Source: an uncultured Acidobacteriota bacterium (GTDB lineage: Bacteria; Acidobacteriota; JAQAZP01). Taken from it: a stretch of 64,000 bases of DNA. The stretch spans positions 576,001 to 640,000 of the forward strand of contig CAWIIB010000001.1 in NCBI GenBank assembly GCA_963836075.1. Reading direction: 5' to 3'. Position 1 is the first letter of the stretch. Each line of letters opens with the position of its first letter. Shown piece after piece: positions 1-9,788 of this stretch. A model generated the notes under the pieces. It saw only the letters and a list, made by a program, of their open reading frames with translations. It ran no database searches and was not told the DNA's origin. A program made the position numbers and the translations under genes.

Positions 1-53
1 GGCATTGTGCAGCACCAGGCTGCTGAACGGGCTGCGCTCCCCCCCGTCGCCCC

Positions 54-2258
54 TCACCGGCTGCTCCCCGCCCCGGCGGAGACCCGCGGCGGCGTGTGGT
101 CCACCTTCATGATGAACAGCGTCAGGTCGTCGTGTAGCCGCTCCTTCTCCTTGAAGTTGTTCACCGCGTTGAGCAGCGCCAGCTTGATCTCATCGGCCGA
201 GCAATGCCGGTTATCGACCATCACCTGGTCCAGGCGACCCTCACCGAACTCCTCGCCGTCCCCGGCCTGGGCCTCCACCAGCCCGTCACTGAAGAAGAGG
301 AAGATATCGCCTTCCCGGTAGGTCACCGTCTTGTCCCGGATCACGCGATCGAACAGACGCCCCTCCTCCAGGCCCAGCCCGATCCCGTCCGGGGTGATGA
401 AGGTCCCCTTGCCGGCGTCTCCCGGCAGGTGGTAGAGCGGGCAGTGGCCGGCACGGGCCATCAGCAGGGTGGAGTCCCGGGGCGAGATCACGGCGTAGAG
501 CAGGGTGATGAAGGTCCGGCGGTCCAGGTCCTTGTGCAGGATCTGGTTGACCCGGGAGAGCAGCGCCGACGGCTCTTCGTACATCGGCCCCAACCCCTGG
601 AGAATGCCCTTGATCTCGGCCATGTAGAACGCCGCCGAGGTCCCCTTGCCCGAGACGTCGCCGATGGCCACCCCGAGGCGCTGCCGGTCCAGCGAGATAA
701 AGTCGTAGTAGTCGCCGCCGACCTCGTAGGCCGGCAGGGAGAGGGCGTCCATGTCCAGCCCCTCGATCTGCGGGATGTGCATGGGCAGCAACCGCATCTG
801 CACCTCCCGGGCGATCTTCAGCTCCTGCTCCATCCGTTCTTTCTCCAGCGAGGCCCGCACCAGCTTGGCGTTCTCGATGGAGACCACCGCCTGGTCGGCA
901 AAGGCGGCCAGCGCCAGCAGATCCTCCCGCTCGAAAGCGTAGGTGTGGTCTTTCAGCGCGTAGAGTATTCCGATCACATTGCCCCGGGAAAGCAGCGGCG
1001 CGCAGACCAGCGAGCCGGCCTTGCGCCGCCAGCTCCGCAGGTCGGCCGACCGCCTGTCGGCGGCGATATCCTTGATCAGCGCCGGCTTCTGCTGGCGCAC
1101 GATCCACTGGCTGAGCGGGCTCACCGGGTGGTCCTGCTGCTGCCGCGCCGCTTCCTCGTCACCGATGCCGCTCCAGGCCACCAGCTCGAATCTTTCCGCG
1201 GTCTCGCTGCGCAGTTCCAGCCAGCAGGCGTGGGATTCGAGCACCCGGGAGGTGTGGGCAGTGATCATCTCCACCAGCTGATCCAAATCGAGGGTCGATT
1301 TCACCGCCCGGCCCAGATCGTGGAGCGAGGTGATCTCCTCCAGCTGGCGGTCGTGGGTCCCGGCGGTGGGCAGGTGGAGCAGCAGGCTGCCCGCGGCAAA
1401 CCCGGAGTAGACGGCGAGAAAGAGGCCGACCAGGCTGAAGAAGGTGCCGCAGACATAGCCGCAGCTGCCGGTGTAGCTGAACAGGGTGGAGCCGGAGATC
1501 ATGAAGATCGAACCGGTGAGGCAGAGCACCGAGAGGCCGAGGCAGCTCCACTTCTCCTTCTTGCTGGTGGCCTTGACCCAGGAGAGGCGAAAGGCATTGA
1601 CGATGATGAAGATGATGGCCAGGGCCTTGATCCCGTCCCGCACGTTCTGCAGGTAGCGGCCCCAGCTGGAGGACTCGGTGGATACGAAACCGATGCTCGG
1701 CGCCAGCACCAGGTCCAGCAGATAGACCAGGGCGAAGAAGACGAGGGTCAGGTGGAAGACCCGCGCGGTGTGCTTCTTGCGGTTGTGGTAGATCAGCTGC
1801 CGCAGACCGATGAGCACCACGATACAGCAGATGACGGCGGCGAATGCGGCACAGTCAAAGAGGACCTGCAGGGCCACCGCACCAACCCCGCCGGCGGCAT
1901 CCCACAGCTCGTACGAGGGGTAAATCTTTTCCAGCTCGAGGCTCCGGCCGCCGGAAAGGTGGTAGACGGCCAGGGTGGCAAAGAGAATGGCCAGCACGGC
2001 AAAGGTAAAGTTGCGGAACTGGAAGGCGGGCCGCGGATCGTTGACCCACGGCCGGTGCTGGAGCAGAGGAATCAGGGCGCCGAGGCCCAGCAGCAGCAGG
2101 GCTTCGCGGGGCAGCACCGCCACCAGTTCCATTACCCCCATGTCGGTGGCGGCAAAAAGCCCGTCCACGAAGATGACGATGCCGAGCAGGCAACCGGCGG
2201 CCAGAGGCGTAAAAAGCGTCTGCAGCCGGAGCTTCGCTGGTTCCGGGCGGTCAGTCAT
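54..2258 (-). CDS. Membrane-bound GAF + SpoIIE/PP2C (RsbU-like) Ser/Thr phosphatase
   Basis: Several N-terminal TM helices, a GAF domain, then PP2C motifs VGGDYYD, IGDVSGKG, AGH, FSDGLVEA and HDDLT. Confidence 0.9.
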   Translation of the reverse strand: MTDRPEPAKLRLQTLFTPLAAGCLLGIVIFVDGLFAATDMGVMELVAVLPREALLLLGLGALIPLLQHRPWVNDPRPAFQFRNFTFAVLAILFATLAVYHLSGGRSLELEKIYPSYELWDAAGGVGAVALQVLFDCAAFAAVICCIVVLIGLRQLIYHNRKKHTARVFHLTLVFFALVYLLDLVLAPSIGFVSTESSSWGRYLQNVRDGIKALAIIFIIVNAFRLSWVKATSKKEKWSCLGLSVLCLTGSIFMISGSTLFSYTGSCGYVCGTFFSLVGLFLAVYSGFAAGSLLLHLPTAGTHDRQLEEITSLHDLGRAVKSTLDLDQLVEMITAHTSRVLESHACWLELRSETAERFELVAWSGIGDEEAARQQQDHPVSPLSQWIVRQQKPALIKDIAADRRSADLRSWRRKAGSLVCAPLLSRGNVIGILYALKDHTYAFEREDLLALAAFADQAVVSIENAKLVRASLEKERMEQELKIAREVQMRLLPMHIPQIEGLDMDALSLPAYEVGGDYYDFISLDRQRLGVAIGDVSGKGTSAAFYMAEIKGILQGLGPMYEEPSALLSRVNQILHKDLDRRTFITLLYAVISPRDSTLLMARAGHCPLYHLPGDAGKGTFITPDGIGLGLEEGRLFDRVIRDKTVTYREGDIFLFFSDGLVEAQAGDGEEFGEGRLDQVMVDNRHCSADEIKLALLNAVNNFKEKERLHDDLTLFIMKVDHTPPRVSAGAGSSR

Positions 2259-2370
2259 GGGTCCTCTGTTCCGTCGGGGTCGTTCGCCTGCGAGTATACG
2301 AAGTGGCAGTGGATTCTGTCAAGACGTTGGAATTGTGGATCGTCATTGTAAGTGTTTTTATTTCCATATC

Positions 2371-3189
2371 TTAACCAGGCCTGGAGGACGGCGGCTTCAC
2401 AGTCCCCGGGGCACCCCCGGAGGCCTGGGCGTCACCGACATAGTGAACTTCCCCGTCGGGGCCGATGCGCATGGCCGTCTGCCGGGAGAGCCAGTCGGGC
2501 AGGACGTGAACCTCTCCCCCGCTGCCGTTGTCATCGTCGTAGCGCAGATAGAAGCGCTGGTGAAAGTGGCCCAGCACCACCACATCCGCCCCGCGGCAGA
2601 ACTGCCGGCGAGCATAGCGTTCGCACTGCCCATGGGGGAAATAGCTCCGGAACCGCCGGTTGGTGCCGCGCAGTTTCCGCTCCAGGCCGGCGGCCGCCCG
2701 CAGGGTCAGGCGCGGGGGGAGCAGGCGAAGCAGCAGTCTCACCGGCGTGCTGCGCACCAGCGCGTTCCAGGCCCGGTAGTTGTAGTCGACGCGGTTCAAG
2801 CGGTCGCCATGCACCATGACAAACCGCCGGCCGTTGCGATTGAGCACCAGTTCCCCCCCGGTGGCCAGGTGGAAGAGACGTCGGCCAAAGTGGTGCGCCA
2901 CGAACAGGTCGCGGTTTCCCTCGGCATAGAGCAGTTGAACGCCGCGACGGCGAAACTGTTCCAGGGCTTGCACCAGTCGGCGGTGGTATGGTTCCTGGAG
3001 GGCCGGCAGGCCGAGCCAGAGGTCGAATAGGTCGCCGAGAATGACGATGGTGCCGCAGCCGATGGCATGACGCTGCAGGAACTGGATAAACGTCTCCAGC
3101 GTGCCGGGATCTTCACCGTTGAGGTGGACATCGGAAACCACCAGGATATCCTGCAAAAACACGGGCTGTTTACCTCGACCCAAGACCAT
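2371..3189 (-). CDS. lpxH: UDP-2,3-diacylglucosamine hydrolase (metallophosphoesterase)
   Basis: Motifs SDVHL, LGDLFDLW, GNRD, HGD and GHFH; exact start uncertain. Confidence 0.8.
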   Translation of the reverse strand: MVLGRGKQPVFLQDILVVSDVHLNGEDPGTLETFIQFLQRHAIGCGTIVILGDLFDLWLGLPALQEPYHRRLVQALEQFRRRGVQLLYAEGNRDLFVAHHFGRRLFHLATGGELVLNRNGRRFVMVHGDRLNRVDYNYRAWNALVRSTPVRLLLRLLPPRLTLRAAAGLERKLRGTNRRFRSYFPHGQCERYARRQFCRGADVVVLGHFHQRFYLRYDDDNGSGGEVHVLPDWLSRQTAMRIGPDGEVHYVGDAQASGGAPGTVKPPSSRPG

Positions 3190-3214
3190 CCCCCCACGTC
3201 ATCATAAGCACCCC

Positions 3215-3277
3215 GGCCAGTGCACAGGAATGGGGTCTGACCCCATTCCTGTGCACTGGCCCCATTCTTCTGCACTG
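3215..3277. repeat. Perfect 47-bp palindrome with GGGGTC-T-GACCCC core, plus a degenerate third arm (REP-like)
   Basis: Arm 3215-3237 is the exact reverse complement of 3239-3261; 3260-3277 repeats the right arm with 2 mismatches. Confidence 0.9.
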
Positions 3278-3405
3278 TGCATTGGGACCGGCAATTTTGA
3301 CAGGAAATTATAGGCTCTGGGGCAGCCGCGGGCAAGGAAGCCCGCATTGAGCGGCGGCAGCGGTTTCGCTATACTGCAACGGAACCCGCAAACCTGTGGT
3401 ACGGC

Positions 3406-5004
3406 ATGAACCTACTGTGCAAGACCCCACCCGGATGTCCCATCCGCTGCCTGCCGTGGCTGCTGCCGGCCCTTCTCGTTCTGGGCCTGGCCTGCAGTTC
3501 CGAACGGCCGCCGGCCCCGGACAGCACTGCGCCTCCGGTGGTGATCGTGGCCCTGGACGGCCTCAGCTGGCAGGTGGCCGGACCGCTGGCAGACAGGGGC
3601 GAGATGCCGGTGCTGTCCGGCCTGGCCAGGGCCGGGGCCGCCGGCCGGCTGGAGACCGCCCGCCCCACCTGGACACCGCTTCTCTTCACCACCATGGCCA
3701 CCGGCAAAAAGCCCGGCGAACACGGCATCAGCACCTTTGTCAGCGACCAGGGCATCCCGCTGACCAGCAACCTGCGGCGGGTGCCGGCCCTGTGGACGAT
3801 CCTCACCGAACAGGGAACAGACTCCCTCTTTTTCGGCTGGCCGGTGACCTGGCCCGCCGAAGAGGTGTTGGGGGAGATGATCAGCGACCGCTGGCACAAG
3901 GCGACGGAGCACCAGGTCTTCCCCGCATCATCAGCGGAACTGCTGGGCCCGGACCTCCGGGCCTTCCGCGAACAGTGGTCCGAACCGCCGCCCGTGCTGC
4001 TGGACCTGGCCCGGCTGGCCACCCCGGACCGGGTCTCACCCTACCTCCACGGCTCATTCGAAGCCGGCGACGCAGCGCTGCCCGGGGAACCGGACCGCCT
4101 GGTGCAGTTGACCCGACAAAAGGTGGAGTCGGGGTTCCTCTGGAACGCAGCCCTGGACAGCGAGGTCAAACTGCCCCTCTTCCTCCGGCGGCTCGGGGCT
4201 GTGCGGCCGCGGCTGGCCGCCGTCTATTTCAACGCCACCGACATGGCCCAGCATTTCTTCGGCGGCGCCGACCGTCCGGGCACCGGCGCCGTGCCCGAGC
4301 GGAACGTGGCGGGACGGGAAGTGATCGAGGAAACCTACCGGGTCTACGACTGGATGCTGGGCCGGGTGGTGGCCGGTGTCCGGCAGGTGGATGGCTACGA
4401 AAACTGCATCTTTGTCGTCCTCTCCGACCACGGCATCGACCTGGCCTCCGGCCCGTCCGTGAGGCTGCGACCCCCGGCCGGCCAGGCGGACGGCCCCGGC
4501 TTTCTGAACAGCGTGATCGCCGACGGCGGCGCTGGCGGTCCGGCAACGCTGGAGCCCGGTCCGGACTGGTCCCGCATCACCTTCCCCCCCGGAACCGGCA
4601 TGGCCGGACGCAGCCGGCTGCTCAACCGGCTCGATCTGGCGGGGTGCGCTTTCCATCCCCAGGACGTCTTTCTCTACTTCGTCCACAACGAGGCGCCGGC
4701 GGGCGTGGTGGTGATCTCCGGCGGGCCGCTGGTGGGCGGGCAGTCCATCTCCGGCATGGGGGTGGAAGATGTGGCTCCCACCGTCCTGGCCCTGCTGGGA
4801 CTGCCGGTTGGTGCAGACATGGCCGGCCGGCCGGCCGGGCTGCTGCTGGAACAGGAAACCGGTGGTGAACCCCGGCCACTGACGGCGGAGATGATTCCGA
4901 CCTACGGAAGCGCACGGCCGGATGCCGGTGAGGGCGAGGCCATCAGCTCGCCGGAAGACCAGTCCATTCGCCAAGAGCTGCAGGCCCTGGGCTACATCGA
5001 GTAG
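3406..5004 (+). CDS. Alkaline phosphatase superfamily (nucleotide pyrophosphatase/phosphodiesterase-like) lipoprotein
   Basis: Lipobox-like GLAC, then VALDG, TWTPLLFTTMATG, LSDHG and DVAPTVL; C-terminus LQALGYIE. Confidence 0.8.
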   Translation: MNLLCKTPPGCPIRCLPWLLPALLVLGLACSSERPPAPDSTAPPVVIVALDGLSWQVAGPLADRGEMPVLSGLARAGAAGRLETARPTWTPLLFTTMATGKKPGEHGISTFVSDQGIPLTSNLRRVPALWTILTEQGTDSLFFGWPVTWPAEEVLGEMISDRWHKATEHQVFPASSAELLGPDLRAFREQWSEPPPVLLDLARLATPDRVSPYLHGSFEAGDAALPGEPDRLVQLTRQKVESGFLWNAALDSEVKLPLFLRRLGAVRPRLAAVYFNATDMAQHFFGGADRPGTGAVPERNVAGREVIEETYRVYDWMLGRVVAGVRQVDGYENCIFVVLSDHGIDLASGPSVRLRPPAGQADGPGFLNSVIADGGAGGPATLEPGPDWSRITFPPGTGMAGRSRLLNRLDLAGCAFHPQDVFLYFVHNEAPAGVVVISGGPLVGGQSISGMGVEDVAPTVLALLGLPVGADMAGRPAGLLLEQETGGEPRPLTAEMIPTYGSARPDAGEGEAISSPEDQSIRQELQALGYIE

Positions 5005-5240
5005 ACGCCATACATCTCTTTTATATCTATCATTTACAAAGATATTCGTCCGCCGTCCACAGCGCAATCCGGCTTTACAGCCATGGGATGGTGTGCTAAG
5101 GTTCTCACGTTTCAAACCTCCGGTTTCTCAGCCGGACACTCTTGAGGGAAGAAACGGTTTTCAGGTCGACTGCGCCACCTGCTCCGGGCGCAAACGGCGG
5201 CCGCACTGATTTTTATTTTTTCTCAACCATGAGGTGTACA

Positions 5241-6011
5241 ATGAAACACGCTTTTGCCTCCTGCCTTACCCTGTGTCTCCTGCTTCTGCTGGCCGGCGGT
5301 TGTGCCCAGGAGTCCGCGGAAGAGAGCGGTGCGGCCGACAGCGGCGCCGAACTTCTCGAGATCATGAGCATCCGCGACAATGCTGAAGAAGCCTACGCAG
5401 CGGCGGTGGCCGAACTGACGGCGGTGAATGAGGAGCCGGTGGATGGTGAACCGGTGGAGGAACCCGACCCGGCACTGATCGCCGAAGAGATGAAGCGGAT
5501 CGAGATGGACCGCGAAGGCCAGTACGAGGTGTTCACCGACCAGCTGGTGACCTACATCAACAACAATCCGGACAGCCAGGAAGCCAAGTCGGCCTACGCC
5601 GACTACCTGGCCAAGTTCGTGGCCCCGGCCTTTGTCAACGAACTGGGCAACTACATCAAGGCGGTGGAAGTGTATGACGAGGCGCTCTCCCTCGACCCGG
5701 AAAACGCCGAGATCCTCGCCCTGCGCGACCACGCGGCCTCCATGCGCTACATGACCCAGGAGCGCTTCGACACGGTCACCAAGGGGATGACCTACGAAGA
5801 GATCGAGGCGATCTGCGGCGTGGCCAATCCCAAGCACATCAAGGAAGAGATCAAGCGGGGCAAGACCCTGGTGGGCTGGTACTACCCCACCGAGGACCGC
5901 GGCGCGGCCGGCGTCTACTTCTCCGACGGCAAGGTCTACAACATGAAGTTCGACGCCATCAAGGCGCCCGAAGTGAAGAAGGCGGGCGACGGCGAAAAGG
6001 CCGCGGAATAG
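5241..6011 (+). CDS. Lipoprotein with TPR and C-terminal SmpA/BamE-like domain
   Basis: GAGGT RBS before ATG 5241, lipobox LAGGC, TPR-like segment (KAVEVYDEALSLDPEN) and KGMTYEEIEAICG motif. Confidence 0.65.
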   Translation: MKHAFASCLTLCLLLLLAGGCAQESAEESGAADSGAELLEIMSIRDNAEEAYAAAVAELTAVNEEPVDGEPVEEPDPALIAEEMKRIEMDREGQYEVFTDQLVTYINNNPDSQEAKSAYADYLAKFVAPAFVNELGNYIKAVEVYDEALSLDPENAEILALRDHAASMRYMTQERFDTVTKGMTYEEIEAICGVANPKHIKEEIKRGKTLVGWYYPTEDRGAAGVYFSDGKVYNMKFDAIKAPEVKKAGDGEKAAE

Positions 6012-6033
6012 CGGCAGTACGGCATGTTGAATC

Positions 6034-6069
6034 AAAAGGGGATTGCCGACGGCGGCAATCCCCTTTTTT
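6034..6069. terminator. Bidirectional intrinsic terminator
   Basis: AAAAGGGGATTGCCG-ACGG-CGGCAATCCCCTTTTTT between convergent genes. Confidence 0.9.
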
Positions 6070-6079
6070 CTGTGTGCGG

Positions 6080-6847
6080 TCAGCCCCGCAGAGCACTGAC
6101 CAGCCAGCGGGTGGAGAGTTCCACGGCCTGCTGCCGGGCCTGGGGGTCGGCGAAACGGTGGTCCCCGCCGGGGAAGACCTCCAGCTGTTTCGGCTCTCCG
6201 GCCAACCGGTGCAGCCGGACGGCATGGGCCAGGGGCACGATCTCGTCGTTCTCGCCATGGAGAAAGACCACGTTGTGCAGCAGGGGGGCCAGGGCCGGAA
6301 GGTCCGGGGTGTGCAGCGTGCGGTAAAACCCGGGCCCCAGGGCCGGCGGCGTGAACCCGTCGGCTTCACCGACGTCCTGCTGCTCCTTCTCCTCGTCGTG
6401 CAGGTCTTCGAAGGTCGCCGGGGCGGCCCAGGCGGCCACTGCGTCAACGCCCTTGTCCGTGGCGGCCACGCAGAGTGATGCGAAGCCCCCCATGGAACTG
6501 CCCATCAACCCGATCCGCTCCGAGCTCAACTCCTCCTGCCGCCTGACCCAGGTCACGGCCTCTTCCAGGTCGGTCACCCGGCTGGCCAGGGTGGTGTCGG
6601 TAAAATCACCGCCCGAGTCACCGCAGCCCATGCAGTCGTAGCGCAGGAAGGCCACACCGCTGCGGGCCAGGGACCGGCCCAGGTCTGCCAGTTTCTGGCT
6701 CTCCCGGTCGCTGTACAGCCCGTGCGAACCGACCACGATGGGCGGCCGCGCACCGGCGGCCGCTGCCGGCCGGTGCAGCAGACCGGTGAGCGTCCCCACC
6801 CGGCTCTCCATGCGCACCAGCTGTTCGGAACTCGACTCCCCGTTCAT
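6080..6847 (-). CDS. Alpha/beta hydrolase
   Basis: GSSMGG nucleophile elbow, HGENDEIVP and GGDHRF; GGAGGG RBS before ATG 6847. Confidence 0.88.
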   Translation of the reverse strand: MNGESSSEQLVRMESRVGTLTGLLHRPAAAAGARPPIVVGSHGLYSDRESQKLADLGRSLARSGVAFLRYDCMGCGDSGGDFTDTTLASRVTDLEEAVTWVRRQEELSSERIGLMGSSMGGFASLCVAATDKGVDAVAAWAAPATFEDLHDEEKEQQDVGEADGFTPPALGPGFYRTLHTPDLPALAPLLHNVVFLHGENDEIVPLAHAVRLHRLAGEPKQLEVFPGGDHRFADPQARQQAVELSTRWLVSALRG

Positions 6848-7043
6848 CTGTCTCCCTCCAACGGAACCGGAATGAATGGTGACCGGCATCTATTCCGGGG
6901 TGTTCTGAATGTGGCCAGTGAATCAATGGTAGTGGATGCCCGAGGCTGTTGTCGAGCGGGAACACTTCCCCAGGGGCGGGGAACAGGGATATACTGTTTT
7001 TGACAACCGCCACCGTCACCCGCTACAGAGTGAGGACCATACA

Positions 7044-7394
7044 GTGAGCAGCGAACGCAAAACGATTCTCGAACCCGTGCCCAATCCCCGGCCCGGCCGG
7101 GACTACGAGGTGCGGACGGTGAGCCCCGAGTTCACCTGTCTCTGCCCCCGGACCGGCCAGCCCGATTTCGCCGCCATCGCCATCCGCTACGTGCCCGACC
7201 AGTGGATCGTCGAACTGAAGTCGCTGAAGCTCTACCTCCACTCCTATCGCGACGAAGGCGCCTTTCACGAAGCGGTGGCCAACAGCATCCTCGACGACCT
7301 GGTGGACGTCCTGGCCCCGCGCCGGATGACGGTCACCGCCGACTTCAACGTGCGCGGCGGGATCCACACCGTGGTCGAGGCCTCACACCCGTGA
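7044..7394 (+). CDS. queF: NADPH-dependent preQ0 reductase (type I)
   Basis: [27 protein letters not shown] and RGGI; GTG start with GAGGA RBS. Confidence 0.95.
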   Translation: MSSERKTILEPVPNPRPGRDYEVRTVSPEFTCLCPRTGQPDFAAIAIRYVPDQWIVELKSLKLYLHSYRDEGAFHEAVANSILDDLVDVLAPRRMTVTADFNVRGGIHTVVEASHP

Positions 7395-7399
7395 CGGTT

Positions 7400-8533
7400 A
7401 TGAGTCACAGCGAATCGAGCGGCACGCTTTTCTTCGTCGGCATCGAGGGAACCGGTCTCGACGCCGGGGAGGTCGACTTTCTGCAGCAACTCCGCCCGGG
7501 CGGAGTGATCCTGTTCAGCCGCAACGTGCAATCGCCCGAACAGGTGCAGAAACTGAACGCCGCACTGGGTGCCCTGCCCGGCGGCCCGCTGAACCGCGGG
7601 CCGCTGCTGGGCGTCGATCAGGAGTGGGGCCCGGTGAACCGGCTGGGCCGGCTCTTCCCCCACCTGCCAGCCGCCGGCGCCCTGGGCCGCGGAGCCGACG
7701 GCGACCGGGTGCGCGAGGCCGCGGCGCTCACCGGCCGCCTGCTCCGCCGCCTGGGCTTCCACCTCAACTTCGCGCCGGTGGTGGACCTCAGCGAGGAGGA
7801 CGCGCCCAACGGCATCGGCATCCGCTCCTTCGGCACCGACCCCGCGGCGGTGACCCGGTTGGCCGGCAGCTATCTCGACGGTCTCTCTGATGCCGGGGTG
7901 TCCGGCACGATCAAGCACTTCCCCGGCCTCGGCCGCACCGTGGTCGATTCGCACCAGGTCCTGCCGGTGGTCACCGAAGGACGGGAAGCGCTCTGGCGCC
8001 ACGACCTGCTGCCCTTCCGCCGCCTGCTGGCCGGCCGCCCCGGGGTGCCGGTGATGGTGGGCCACGGGTGGTACCCGGCCCTGGAACCGTCCGCCGCGCC
8101 GGGCACGGGCCGGCCGCTGCCCGCTTCCCTCTCGCCGGCGGTGGTCAGCGGACTTCTGCGGGGCACACTGGGTCACCAGGGCGTGGTGATCACCGACGAC
8201 CTGGAGATGGGCGCGGTGACCGGTGGAGCCGGCGGTGAAGAGGACCTCTTCGACGAAGCGGTGGGCATCAGGGCGCTGCTGGCCGGTGTGGACTGGATCC
8301 TGATCTGTCACAGCAAAGAGCGGATCCTCGCCGCCCGGCAGGAGCTGGACCGCGAGCTCCGGGGGTCGGCTGTTCTGCGCCGCATGGCCGGCGCCTCCCT
8401 GGAGCGGATCCGCGGCCTGGCCCACGGTCTGGAGAGCCAACGCGCCGCCGGCCCCCAGTCCCCCGCCGGCGGACTGGACACGCTGATCCGGGAGATGGAG
8501 GGCTGGCTGGACCGCTGGCAGCGGCCGGACTAA
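7400..8533 (+). CDS. nagZ: Beta-N-acetylhexosaminidase (GH3)
   Basis: GVILFSRN, VDQEWG, APVVD, RSFG, KHFPGLG..DSH and TDDLEMGA; GTG at 7391 is an alternative start. Confidence 0.9.
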   Translation: MSHSESSGTLFFVGIEGTGLDAGEVDFLQQLRPGGVILFSRNVQSPEQVQKLNAALGALPGGPLNRGPLLGVDQEWGPVNRLGRLFPHLPAAGALGRGADGDRVREAAALTGRLLRRLGFHLNFAPVVDLSEEDAPNGIGIRSFGTDPAAVTRLAGSYLDGLSDAGVSGTIKHFPGLGRTVVDSHQVLPVVTEGREALWRHDLLPFRRLLAGRPGVPVMVGHGWYPALEPSAAPGTGRPLPASLSPAVVSGLLRGTLGHQGVVITDDLEMGAVTGGAGGEEDLFDEAVGIRALLAGVDWILICHSKERILAARQELDRELRGSAVLRRMAGASLERIRGLAHGLESQRAAGPQSPAGGLDTLIREMEGWLDRWQRPD

Positions 8534-9447
8534 GCCGCAGGGTCGGGCCTGCCGGTGAGCCGGCGGAAGGCTTCGAGGTATTTCCCGGTGGTGCCGGCCA
8601 CGATCTCCTCCGGCAGTTCGGGCACCGGCGGCTCCTTGTCCCAGTTGATCGACTCCAGGTAATCCCGCACATACTGCTTGTCGAAGCTGGGCTGGCTCTT
8701 GCCCGGCTGATACAGGTCCTCGGGCCAGAAACGGGAGGAGTCGGGCGTGAGCACCTCGTCCACCAGGATCAGCTCGCCGTCCAGCATGCCGAACTCGAAC
8801 TTCGTGTCGGCGATGATGATCCCCTGGGCCAGGGCGTGCTCGGCCCCCCGGCTGTAGATCTCAAGACTGGCCGCTTTCGCCCGGTCGGCGATCTCCTGGC
8901 CCACCAGGTCCACCATCTTGCTGAAGGGGATGTTTTCGTCGTGGAGGCCGCCCTCGGCCTTGGTGGACGGGGTGAAGATCGGTTCGGGCAACCGCGAGGA
9001 ATTCTGCAGGCCCTCGGGCAACGGGATGCCGCACACCGTGCCCTCCCGCTGGTATTCCTTCCACCCCGACCCGGCGAGGTAGCCCCGGACGATGCACTCC
9101 ACCGGGAGGATCTCCGCCTTCTTCACCAGCATGGACCGCCCGGCCAGCTGATCGAGGTACGGCTGCAGTTCTTCGGGAAAGAGGGCCGGGTCAGTGGTGA
9201 TCACATGGTGCGCGATCCGCTCGCCGAGGAAGTCGAACCAGAAACGTGAGATCTGGGTCAGCACCTCGCCCTTGCGCGGGATGCCGGTGGGCAGGATGCG
9301 GTCAAATGCCGAAATGCGGTCCGAGGCAACGAAGAGCAGCTTATCGCCCAGGTCAAAGATATCCCGCACCTTGCCGCGATTGAGCAAGGTTACGCCATCG
9401 ATCTCAGTTTTAAGCAGCACGGGGCCATGTTCGCCGGGCTGTTGCAT
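8530..9447 (-). CDS. purC: SAICAR synthase
   Basis: GKVRD, SDRISAFD, ADTKFEFG, DEVLTPDSSRFW and SFDKQ; GGAGG RBS before ATG 9447. Confidence 0.97.
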   Translation of the reverse strand: MQQPGEHGPVLLKTEIDGVTLLNRGKVRDIFDLGDKLLFVASDRISAFDRILPTGIPRKGEVLTQISRFWFDFLGERIAHHVITTDPALFPEELQPYLDQLAGRSMLVKKAEILPVECIVRGYLAGSGWKEYQREGTVCGIPLPEGLQNSSRLPEPIFTPSTKAEGGLHDENIPFSKMVDLVGQEIADRAKAASLEIYSRGAEHALAQGIIIADTKFEFGMLDGELILVDEVLTPDSSRFWPEDLYQPGKSQPSFDKQYVRDYLESINWDKEPPVPELPEEIVAGTTGKYLEAFRRLTGRPDPAA

Positions 9448-9594
9448 GCCAGCGTCCTCCTGATGGTTTGTGGTCAACTCGAGACGGGAATCATCGGCAG
9501 TTCGAGCCGCAATGTCATTAAACCACAAATCGGTTTTCCGGCAAAACCGGTTGCATTTCCGCGGCGCCGCCAACGGAAAAGAAGCGATGGATGA

Positions 9595-9623
9595 TTGACC
9601 TGTCAGGACGAATTCTTTATCAT
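9595..9623 (+). promoter_or_regulatory. Putative sigma70 promoter
   Basis: TTGACC-N17-TATCAT. Confidence 0.55.
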
Positions 9624-9788
9624 TGGGACGATGTTCGACGTTGTGATGAAAACCTGATGTCGACCAGCCCTTCCGGATGGTGATCCCCGGCGACACAATG
9701 CTGTTGGCGCGGCGGCGGAGAACTTTCCATCAGCTGGTCGGCCCGGATAAGGGAAGCGTTTTTCGCAGGAGCGCTTCCAGCGATACCG

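Noticed and set aside
204-2351. Long antisense ORFs (also 14584-15630, 25843-27318, 31485-33359, 36553-38589, 53056-54699, 57892-59757)
   Set aside because: These are shadows of well-supported genes in high-GC DNA, with no motifs of their own.
5073-5099. CIRCE-like half site GTGTGCTAA
   Set aside because: There is no matching left arm; it more likely belongs to a promoter.
6890-7043. preQ1 riboswitch upstream of queF
   Set aside because: No preQ1 consensus or A-rich tail is present, and a TTGACA promoter-like element at ~7000 leaves almost no leader.
9539-9555. Sigma54-like CGGCA...TTGCA
   Set aside because: The GG-to-GC spacing is 11 nt rather than the required 10.
9448-9780. Purine, ZTP, fluoride or c-di-GMP riboswitch, or SRP RNA, near purC
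   Set aside because: The diagnostic conserved cores were not found on either strand.
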